The notes below the pieces were generated by a model. That model searched no databases. It was not told the origin of the DNA and saw nothing but the letters and a program-made list of their open reading frames with translations. Position numbers and translations under genes: made by a program. From Octopus sinensis (lineage: Eukaryota), in the NCBI RefSeq assembly GCF_006345805.1, contig NC_043007.1, forward strand, positions 31,806,001-31,870,000: a stretch of 64,000 bases of DNA, read 5' to 3'. Positions 23,901 to 34,060 of this stretch are shown here, one piece after another; within the stretch, counting starts at the first letter, position 1, and each line of letters begins with the position of its first letter.

Positions 23901-26900
23901 AAGTGACCCCAAGGAAACATCACTGATGAAAAGTCAGATGCATCGTAAGACGAAGAATGGAAAAAAATCTCACAGGCTCTTGTAGTTTCTGTCTATCAAT
24001 TCCCAACTTCATCCGATGAAGTGGTCAGTTTAAGAGTACAGGAAAAAACATTTATGGTGAAGCGCGCGAGGTGAGGTCGAACCTGGAACGGCATGGCTAC
24101 GAAACACTTCTCAACCACGCGGTTCTACGTGCACTTTATCGATCATATCGTTGGCAAAGTTCTAAATCAATTGTTCCCATTCTAAATATCCTTGTCCCCG
24201 TTTACCAATATTCGATGGAATAATGTTTGAACTATTCTTATCAGTTAATTCTGCGATAATACCAACATTGATTTTTGTTGTTGTTGTTTCTCTTGCCAGG
24301 ACCACTAACTCGTATTATCTCTGTGTATTATACATTAGCAATCACGGGGTTATCAAAACATAGGCGTTTATCTATCCACTCCAGAAATAACATCAGATCA
24401 GCTTGGGAATTTACGGAGGAAATCGAACATTTGCCAAGGTCATCGATGCCCGACATTGGGAATTTTTTTTACTGAGTTTTCCATTATTTGTTCCTTTTTT
24501 AATTGCTTAAATGATGGAATTTGTTCTGGAAACATTCATTCCTGTTTTGTTATGCTGCCTCTCATTGGTCCTGTTTTTGCTCGGAACATCTTCAGCGTTC
24601 AGGATTCAATAAATGTGGGCTAACATAGTTTATATTGCGTTCCAGTTTTCACTTCAAAATGTTGAAAAAAGAAAAAAGAAACGATAAACATAGAACACTC
24701 TCGGCGCTTTCACATACTTAACCCCCAAAAATCTTGCCTGCTTCTAACCAAGGGAAGAAACCTGACTCAAAATCGCTGCACCCATGCCTAAACACCTTTA
24801 GTCTTCTACAGAAGCCCCAGGCTCATTAATGTCATGCGACCGAATTTGGTAGACGGAAACTGTGTGAAGCCCGCCATGTGTGTGTGTTCGTGCGTATGTG
24901 CAGGTCTGTGTTTGTACCCCGTCCTTTCACTGTCTAAAAACTGTGTTTGTTAATGGTCCCATAACTTAACGATTCAGTAAAAGAGGTTCGATAGAATAAG
25001 AACCGGACTTTAAAAAATTAGTCTAGGGTCGATTTGTTTTGACTAAACCCTTTAAGGTAATGCCCTGGCATAGCCGCAGCCCAATAACTGAAACAAGAGT
25101 TAATCCGAATAAAATGAGTCGTTTGAAATGCGGGATGTATTTCACATCCGGCCACGGGGTTATTGCTAGCTTTGCATGGACCCAGGAATATGTACAGTTA
25201 TGCGAATTGCTTCATTATATTCTTTTCTGCTCTAGGCACAAGGCCCGAAATTTTTGGGGAAGGGGCCAGTCGATTAGATAGACCCCAATACGCAATTGGT
25301 ACTTAATTTATCGACCCCGAAAAGATGAAAGGCAAAGTCGACCTCGGCGGAATTTGAACCCAGAACGTAAAGACAGACGAAATACCGCTAAGAATTGCTT
25401 CAGTATATTACTGATATTATAACGATATCGGCGTTGTTTCAACTCAGAATGTAAGGAGTTATAAAGAGTTATAAAAAAAATTGTTGAAAAGGAGCCAATT
25501 TTAAAAAATGTGTTCGCAGAGAGTAGTCGCTCCCTTATTAGCTACACTTCTGGCCCAGAGTTAATGGATGACCCCGAACAGCTCTGGTGTCGCAGCGGAA
25601 GGAGCCAAAACATCCACAGAGATGATTCACCGCTTGGTGAGACATCAATTCCTGCATTCGGAGATGGAGTGCAACATCGTCAACAGACAAGTGTTTGTAG
25701 TAAACATTATTAATCTAGTTCTGCAGCTACAGCAATCATATATTAATACAGGCTGGAATGTGGAAGCATTCGTGTAAGCTAGATACCAAAATATTATGAT
25801 TACGTCATTATTATGATAAAAAGGGTGGATTAAACATAGTCACTCTCACTGCACGATAAGGTGATAACGGAGAGTATTCATTTGCCTGGGGTTATAGAAA
25901 GAGGTTTTAAGTGGAGTTAGATTGAGGTATTTATTGAAAAACTGGACTGACTTTACTGTTGAATGCGAAGTTATCTGATGTGTTCAATAGGTTGCTGAGT
26001 GGAGTGTTTTTAGTCGGAGCTTTCACTTGTCTGCTGGAATGGGTGTTGGCTAATGATTTGGTTGTTGTAGCGATAAGATTTACGATTAAGCCTAAAATGC
26101 AGCGTTGGTTAGTTTGACTAGAATGTTTGTTTGGCGTGTTTCGATAGGAATTTTGAATGAAATGATCAAGCACGCAAGAGTACTGAGTAAAGTGTTCATT
26201 TCTCAGTGAGGTCTATAGTTTAAATGATAATCATTAGATGTTGTCTGCTCTCAACGGGTTCAATATCAAGGCTCTCCCTTCACGTTTTTTCTCCGACTCT
26301 CATAATATCACATGGTGAATGTGTAAGAATAACAATGTATCTATCAATCAGAGAATAAGAAGGAAATCACCATTTAGTCGTCCACCATGTTGTTTTAAAA
26401 GAAGAGCTGCAATGTCAGGTACTGTAAAAGGCTAACCACGATGTCCTGGCAAAGAATTTTGTGAGATTGTGGTTAGTTTTTGTCCTACAAATTCTCGGTT
26501 CAATTCTTTCTCTCTGCCTTTACTTTTTGTCCTTCCGAGGTCAATAAAGTAAATACCTAAAACGAAAATACCAATAATATTTTGGAACTGATACAGTCGT
26601 TTTACGCTTCCTCTACAGATTCATTAAAGAATGTGTCAGTATTTTAAAATAAAACAAGAACGAGGTGTGAAGATGTTTCAAATAGTCATTTCCTGTCACT
26701 GAACTGTCTTAAGTCAATGTCCGCCATTTTCTCTCCACTCTTCTTTAAAATATACCATCGTTGTAGATAGTAGAAAGTAAAAACAGCAATGCTAAATTAA
26801 GAGCTTGCAGAATCGTTAGTACTATCAGACAAAATGTTCATCGACATTTCTTTCGCCTTTTTACGTTCTGAATTCAAATCCAGCCGAGGCCAACATCACC

Positions 26901-27417
26901 TTTCATTCCTTCGTGGTCGATAAAATAAAGTACCAGTCAAGAACTGAAGTCCATGGGATCGACTTGTCCCCTCCCCTCAAAAATTGATGGCATTGAACCC
27001 TGCAACGGACCGGCATCTCGTTCAGGCGAGGTATTATGATTTCGGTCGCTTATATGCACATAGAAACCGGGTAACTAGACTTATAAGTCCAAAGGCTCAT
27101 GGAAAAAAAAAAAAAAGAATGTTAAGTTAAACTAAGCGCGAACTCGCTATCTTGATTGTCCTGCCGAGGTTGTAAATTTGCACTGTATTACCACCATTTA
27201 TTTAGCACAAGGTTTGTACCGTTGTAAAACAATAGCTTATCTTGCAGCTGATATGAATATTCCTGCCTTGGAGTAAAAGAGATAACGCAACAAAATAACA
27301 GACCGTCCATTTGGCGCGGTGGAAATTTTGATTTGTAAGCAGCAACACAACACATAGGTAGCGGTTTCAAATCTCTTCAAGAAATTACAAGTGACAGGGG
27401 ATGTAGTTAAAAATTTT

Positions 27418-27815
27418 ATAGGCGCAGGAGTGGCTGTGTGGTAAGTAGCTTGTTTACCAACCACATGGCTCTGGGTTCAGTCCCACTGCGTGGCACCTTG
27501 GGCAAGTGTCGTCTACTATAGCCTCGGGCCGACCAAAGCCTTGTGAGTGGATTTGGTAGACGGAAACTGGAAGAAGCCCGTCGAATATATATGCATATAT
27601 ATATATGTATATGTATGTGTGTGTGTGTGTCCCCAACATCGCTTGACAACCGATGCTGGTGTGTTTACGTCCCCGTAACTTATCGGTTCGGCAAAAAGAG
27701 ACCAATATATAAAGTATTAGGCTTACAAAGAATAAGTCCTGGGGTCGATTTGCTCGACTAAAGGCGGTGCTCCAGTATGGCTGCAGTCAGATGACTGCAA
27801 CAAGTAAAAGAGTAA
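27418..27815 (+). mobile_element. SINE family B (tRNA head, CORE-like segment, internal microsatellite; probably OR2-like), full copy
   Basis: TAGGCGCAGGAGTGGCTGTGTGGTAAG...GGGTTCAGTCCC...GGCACCTTGGGCAAGTGTC. Other near-full copies: 6892-7302(+), 17000-17553(-), 19390-19650(-), 45080-45376(-), 49394-49811(-), 53318-53693(+), 54677-55103(+), 57135-57520(+). Confidence 0.88.
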
Positions 27816-28814
27816 AAAAAAAGCGTAGATACAAAGGAGGGAAGGCGGCGAGCAGGCAGAATCCCTCGAAATTTCTGGCCTTGTGCCAAAGCTTAAAACC
27901 GATGTAGTCATTTATGACACGGGCCCAATGTCTAAAATTTTGGAAAAGTGTCAACTTCTTAATAGCAGGCTTCGGTTTATGGTATGGGTTAACATATTAA
28001 AATATGGCCAAGAAGCATTGAATTTGGGATATGAGTAAACATGGTGATTTCTAGCGTTGATATAATCTCAGTTTTTGTGGGAGAAAAGGATACAGTCGAT
28101 TATTTGACTAATCGGTTATTTCTTCGGCCTAGGGAAGGCTGAAAAGTAAAGTTACTCTCGATGGCATTTGAACTCAAACTATAAAAAAGCATAACAGAAT
28201 GCCGTGAGGCATTTTGTCCAACGCACTTATGATTCTATGAATCCACTATTTTGGATAAGACAAAATATTAACAGCTACTTGACCATACATTTTCCTGATT
28301 TTGATAAGACAATTATTTCAAAGATGGAAGCGAACCATTTATTGTTCAGAAATGGGCAAATCATAGACAGCTATGGTTCTGTGCCTGTTATAACTTTTAT
28401 ATTGCTTGTTCATATTGGGGAAGCGTAGCGCCCATGACCCTTTTCAGTGCCGCGGAGCAAAATTCAGCAAATAGAAACTGTACAGAAACCTATCACACAT
28501 ATATATATATATGTGTGTGTGTGTGTGTATTGATTTGACAAGGATCCGAGTTCTTTCGTTTTAGTGGTTTATTCAACCAATAAATTTAATTCTACTTAAC
28601 AGATAGTCTCACTATCAGTAAATGTGTTGTTTTTTTAATAAGTTAACTATTAATACCAAATAATATATTTGTGTGTGTGTAGAAGCTATGGAGACTAGTT
28701 GAGATTATCTGCGTCGGTTAGACTTGTATTATTTAGATAAATCGACAAAAAGGATACAGTGAAATAGCTGGCAAAAACTTAAGTTAGCCATCTATGTTTC
28801 TGTGAACCTCTGTT

Positions 28815-29275
28815 TTTAGACAGTTGTGGATTGCTTGCACCAGATGATTCCAGCATGCAAGCATGTTTCAATCAATTCTCAAAGACTTGCAATAACTGCC
28901 GCCTCACTATAAGCACTTCAAAGACAGAAGTACTGCATCAACCTGTCCCAAGAATTCCACATTGCGAACTTCCTTGACTGAAAGTAAGCATGACTGCGCT
29001 CGCTGAAATATGGTGAAGATTTTGAATATCTTAAAAGTTCACCACTATCAAATTCTTGCATCGATGCTGAAGTGTCATCACGATTTGGCAAGGCGATTGT
29101 GATTTTGGGAAAACTTTGGCATGGAGTGTGGCACAACCCAGGTATTCCCATGGATACCAAAATCAAAATTTACAATGCTGTCATTCCCCCGACTCTCTTC
29201 TGATGTACGTAAATTTGGACAGCGTACCAATCCTATGCTAAAAAGCTTAACCATTTCTATATGCCTGGTCAAATT
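28815..29275 (+). mobile_element. Decayed RTE (BovB-like) reverse transcriptase fragment
   Basis: LTISTSKTEVLHQP...FEYL.S...IDAEVSSRFGKA...WH...TKIKIYNAVI, with stops. Confidence 0.75.
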
Positions 29276-29540
29276 TCGTCGAGACTAACTATACCTTTAA
29301 TTTTTTCGGGATCGATAAAATAAATACCAGTTGGACACTGGGGTCGATGTAATCAACCCCAATAGTTTAACTCTTAGTCATCTTTTACTGAGTAAAACAC
29401 ATTGATCAACGAGACCCTTGACCATATCGTCTTTTATGTGTTTGAGTGCCCTTAAGGCGGTAGGACGTTGAGAGAAATTTAGTTGCTATTTTTAGCAAGG
29501 CCAGCGATTACATGTTGCTGTCGCTAACAAAGAATAAGAA

Positions 29541-29806
29541 TACAGTTCTATATTTAAGAGATGAGAAATTGTGTACTTTATTTACATTTGACGGATATTT
29601 GTCCTCATCTTGTTTGTTGTTAGCACAACGTTTCGGCTGTTATACCCTCCAGCCTTCATCAGGTGTCTTGGGGAAATTTTGAACCTGGGTTCTCATTCCT
29701 AAGGTATTTTTCGATGTTATTATTATTCAGGTCACTGCCTGGAATCGAACACGGAATTTTGGGGTTAGTAGCCTGCGCTCTTAACCACTACGCCATATGC
29801 CCATGG
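29541..29806 (-). mobile_element. tRNA-headed SINE-like element carrying a hammerhead ribozyme motif
   Basis: Minus strand reads GGGCATATGGCGTAGTGGTTAAG (box A) ... GTGTTCGATTCC (box B), then a short (AAT)n, a body, and CTGATGA-A-GGCTG-loop-CAGCC-GAAACGTT. A truncated second copy lies at 1210-1410. Confidence 0.75.
29622..29667 (-). ncRNA. Minimal type I hammerhead ribozyme motif (Penelope-like type)
   Basis: GACAC CUGAUGA A GGCUG GAGGGUAUAA CAGCC GAA ACGU U GUGCU: intact core, 5-bp stem II, palindromic ACGU in place of stem III, stem I of 3 WC pairs plus a mismatch plus G.U. Predicted cut between 29627 and 29626. Activity not shown. Confidence 0.72.
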
Positions 29807-29949
29807 TCACATGGTGTAGTGGTTATCCACAGTGAGCAAATCAGGTCTTCTTGGCAAGTTTGCGGCCTCAATTTACTAACATGGTACCCTCTCCCCTCTC
29901 CCGATTCTTTGACCGCTCTCGGCATATGAATGAGGTCCCAGTATCCACG

Positions 29950-30130
29950 ATGATGGTGGTGGGGGTGTCTTTGAGAAGAGAGCCAACGGGTTCCTTCGGA
30001 AATGACTGGTACTTCCCTCGATATCTGAGCACCGTCACGCTGATTGGGGAGAACAAGCTGAAGCTCCCCATCAGCAGCTTGAGAGAGGAATTCGTGGTGA
30101 TCCATGCTGGAGATATTGTAACACCGAGAC
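29950..30130 (+). mobile_element. Possible RLE-type (HERO/NeSL-like) retroelement fragment
   Basis: FEKRANGFLRK*LVLP...NKLKLPISSLREEF resembles the RxWLGLP...KLQLPxSSLxEEFK motif as I recall it. Confidence 0.4.
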
Positions 30131-32229
30131 TACTGCGACCTTAAAGTCTCTCAAAGTTGGTACTGAGGTAAGAAGAGGAAGAAAGCAAAGGACAGTGGAA
30201 GCTGTCATAGATGCAGGGCCCCTGCCAAGTCACAGAGTGAGGGGTGTCTGATATTGAAAGACCCAAAACACCTAAAGGCCCCAGGAAACTTCATTGATGA
30301 TGCTGGTTCGAGTTGCATTATAGAATGATGTATAGACAAAAAATGGGTGAAGAACTGGAATTTGTCAATCGGAGAACCGCTTTTAGTATTTACTTCATTA
30401 TTTCATTATCTTCTTTGTACTTCCCAGTCTATTAACTGTAATGGTTTCACTATTTTCCGGAATCATCTCAAATATGATTTTTTAAAAAATAATTTAGACT
30501 TTTCTTTCGATACTAGTCATCGGAAATGATTAAAAGGATGTATACCGAATCCCGATTTTCATTATCTCGTAGTTTTCAAAATTCTGTCATTTAACATTCC
30601 TAATTTTGGTTAGAAATTTTTAATTCTAACTACAAAAAAAAAAAAGCAGAAAAAACAAAACAAATAAATCAACAAAGGTCAGCCGCTCAAAGAGTATTGT
30701 TGTCCGTGAAATAAAAATTAGACCCCTATAAAGATACGGAGACCCGATTTTCATTATCTCATGTTTTTCAAAATTCTGTCATCTAACGTTTCTAATTTTG
30801 GTTATATATCTCAAAATCACTGTCAAGCCATTAATAAAAAAACAACAAAACAAAGGCCATGTCAGCAAACGTCAGCTGTTTTAACGATATTGCAGTCCGT
30901 GAAATAAAAACCAAATCCTTGATCATGAAGTTTTTCCCTGATAAAATCGTCATTTCTATTTATAACAAATGGACGCCTAAGTGTTTGTTGGATAATCGTT
31001 TGATAAAAGCTTCGAGAACCAGTTCACTGTCATTACTGCGGTGTCCGCTTTTTCTGTTTCCAAATAAACTTCAGTGAAATAATATTCTTGTCTAAAATAT
31101 CCACCCGAACAGTATCAGATGATGGACAAATGTTTACCATTCTGGGTAGTTGTCTCGGGAAATTGTTGCTGTTTATACAATTCTTCTTGGAAAACTTTAT
31201 GAATAAATTAGAACAAACCGATCGACATTGATAATAAAAACCCAATAATTGCTTATCAAACTATTATCGAACACTTCGGCTTTGCGTGACAATGCATAGA
31301 ACTGACGACATTTTCCTCTGCTTTAGAACTGACCAAATTCCGAGTTCCGTTTTGCATTGAAAACTGGATCCTGTTTCACTTTTGATTCTCCTTTCGAAAT
31401 AATCAATTTAAAATTTAAATTCAATATACTGAATGATGTATTGTTTATTTTGCGAAATTACAACAGTAATTACAGTATCAATATCAGTTCTTCTTGTACT
31501 TTCGAGCGAATTGGGCCGCACAAGCTGTTTTGTATTTCTTTTCTATTTCTCAGTTTCTTTCTACGTCAACTTCAATGGTTTCACTTTTTTCAGGAATTAT
31601 TTATGTCAAATTTAAATATTTTAAATATTTAAAACTTTTCTTTAAACATTAGTCATCGGAAAGAATACAAGTATACAGAATTCTGATTTTCTTTATCTTG
31701 TAGTTTTCGAAATGCTGTTGTCATTTAAAATTTCTAATTTTCGTTACACATTTTACAATCCCTGTCAAACCAGAAAAAAAAAAGCAAGAGAATATATCAG
31801 CAAAGGTCAGCCGCTCAAACAATATTGCCTGTGAAATAAAAATTAGACCCCTATAAAGATACGGAGACCTGATTTTCATTATCTCATATTTTTCAAAATT
31901 CTGTGTCTTCTAACGTTTCTAATTTTGGTTATATATCTCAAAATCACTGCCAGGCCATTAATAAAAAAACAAAGGCTATGTCAGCAAACTTCAGCTGCTT
32001 TAATGATATTGCAGTCCGTGAAATAAAAACTAAATCCTTGATCATGAAGTTTTTCTCTGATAAAATGCGTCGACGTTCGTCATTTCTATTTATAACAAAT
32101 GGACGCCTAAGTGTTTGTTGGATAATCGTTTGATAAATGCTTCCAGAACCAGTTCACTGTCATTACTGCAGTGTCCGCTTTTTCTGTTTCCAAATGAACT
32201 TCAGTGAAATAATATTCTTGTCTAAAATA

Positions 32230-32625
32230 AGGCGGCGAGCTAGCAGAAACGTTAGCGCGCCGGGCGAAATGCTTAGCGCTATTTCGTCTGCCGTTACGTT
32301 CTGAGTTCAAATTCCGCTGAGGTCGACTTTGCCTTTCATCCTTTCGGGGTCGATAAATTAAGTACCAGTTACGTACTGGGATCTATGTAATCTACTTAAT
32401 CCCTTTATCTGTCCTTGTTTGTCCTCTCTGTGTTTAGCCCCTTGTGGGCAATAAAGAAATAAGTATTTCGTTTGTCTTTACGTTCTGAGTTCAAATTCCG
32501 CTGAGGTTGACTTTGCCTTTCATCCTTTCGGAGTCAATAAATTAAGTGCCAGTTGCACATTGGGGTTGATCTAATTGACTACCCCCTCCCCCAAAATTTC
32601 GGGCCTTGTACCTAGTGTAGAAAAG
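32230..32625 (+). mobile_element. SINE family A (Meta-domain-like), dimeric insertion with 19-bp TSD
   Basis: Head GGCGGCGAGCTAGCAGAAACGTTAGC, core GTCGACTTTGCCTTTCATCCTTTCGGGGTCGATAAATTAAGTACCAG (MetaSINE-like, from memory), TSD AATATTCTTGTCTAAAATA. More than 25 other full or partial copies in the window, e.g. 11339-11855, 16528-16915, 25228-25395, 36138-36590, 37356-37570, 41947-42145, 43660-43872, 52295-53025, 55437-55675, 62838-63318. Confidence 0.9.
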
Positions 32626-32788
32626 AATATTCTTGTCTAAAATATCCACCCGAACATTATCAGATGATGGACAAATGTTTACCATTCTGGGTAATTGTCT
32701 CAGAAAAATTATTGCTATTTACACGATTCTTCCTTGGAAAACTTTACGAATAAATTAGCACAAACCGGTCAACATTGATAATGAAACC

Positions 32789-33461
32789 TGTAGGATCTTG
32801 CAGGCATGAAGTGGATTCGATTCACCATAGCCAAATTTAAATTAACAGTTCAACAGAACTTTTCTCACGGTGGAACAATGGTTTTTCTCTTTGCCAGATT
32901 GCCTTTAGCTAAGCCAAAATAATGTCTTCACCACTTGGCCCTTATAACCTCTTCTACTTCACCAAAAGCTAGAATAGAGATATCACAGTACCACCAACGA
33001 AGCCCATTGTTCTCAACGATATGTCTATCCTTCTGGATAGTTATAAAAGCATAAACCCCAAGCAAAAAGATAGTTCAGTCATTTGGTGACGACTCAACCA
33101 ATCAGTCATTCGGTGACAACTCAGTAAGAATGAAGTCTGGCTGACCAGATAGAACCTTGGTCAGAGGTGAAATGAAGTTTACTGTCAGCAACAGTGAGGC
33201 AAAGTCCCACAACCCTACAACTCTCACTAGCTCTAATTCTGTTCTCTTACAAAATCAATCTCTCTCTGTAATTACTACTAAACAATGAAGAGAACACAAA
33301 CACAAGCTTTACTTCACATGCTTTTGGATTTATCATAACCTGCTCGTTGAGGCAAGGTATTGTAATGTAACGGTAAATAAATATTTCCTTAAAACTTCAT
33401 GCATTGTTCATCTTTCACATCCTACAACTTGCCGTTATAACAGCAGATTTTTATCGTTACA
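32789..33461. mobile_element. Solo-LTR-like insertion (673 bp, TG...CA, 4-bp TSD AACC)
   Basis: TGTAGG...GTTACA termini, TSD at 32785-32788 and 33462-33465, empty site present in the paralogous copy near 31237-31243, AATAAA near 33376. Confidence 0.75.
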
Positions 33462-33824
33462 AACCCAACAATTGTTTATCAAACTATCATCGAACACTTC
33501 GGCTTTGCGTGACAATACATAGAACTGATGACATTTCCCTCTGCTCTAGAACTGACCGAGTTCCGATTTCCGTTTTGCACTGAAAACTGAATCCTGTTTC
33601 ACTTTCATTCTCCTTTTGAAATAATTAATTTAATATAACCTATGACCTGGAACTGAATGATATATTGTTTATTTTGCACAATTAAAACACTAATTACAAC
33701 AGTAATTACAGTATCGATGTCAGTTCTTGTGCTTTCGAGCATATTGGGCAGTAAGCTGATGCCACTGGTTTCTGTTGGCAGCAGTTTTCTCCGCATCACT
33801 AGACAGTGCGTTGAGCATCAAAGA

Positions 33825-34060
33825 TTATTGACATTAAAAAGGCATTTGATAGTATTCAAAGAGAGTCCCTATGGAGCATTGGTTTGCACTATGGCATTTC
33901 TCTACGCGTTGTCAACATCTTTGCGAATAATGAACACAATCTGATTAACATTGATAATGTTACTCGAATTTGTGATGCTGTATTCGAACGATGACAAGAA
34001 AAACTGACTTCTTCGACATTTTCACTAGAGTGAGGCACGGCCGGATCCTGTCAACTCGCG
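33825..34060 (+). mobile_element. Decayed RTE reverse transcriptase fragment
   Basis: IDIKKAFDSIQRESLWSI.LHYGI...FDIFTRVRHG resembles the FIDFKKAFDS...GVRQG motifs. Confidence 0.7.

Larger units (their letters stand above)
30400..33758. repeat. Head-to-tail tandem duplication of a ~1.13-kb non-coding unit (30400-31527 and 31528-33758; copy 2 carries two later insertions)
   Basis: Colinear similarity traced by eye; each unit contains ~190-bp subrepeats (cccgattttcattatctc...ctaattttggtta). Confidence 0.85.

Noticed and set aside
23920-23960. CTGATGA followed by a short GTC/GAC stem
   Set aside because: Followed by GAAG rather than GAAA, with no stem I or III pairing; not a hammerhead
25510-25777. 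Two overlapping ~68-aa ORFs as a gene
   Set aside because: The third frame resembles a decayed RTE C-terminus (PRTAL...KHPQR...W), and no splice context was found
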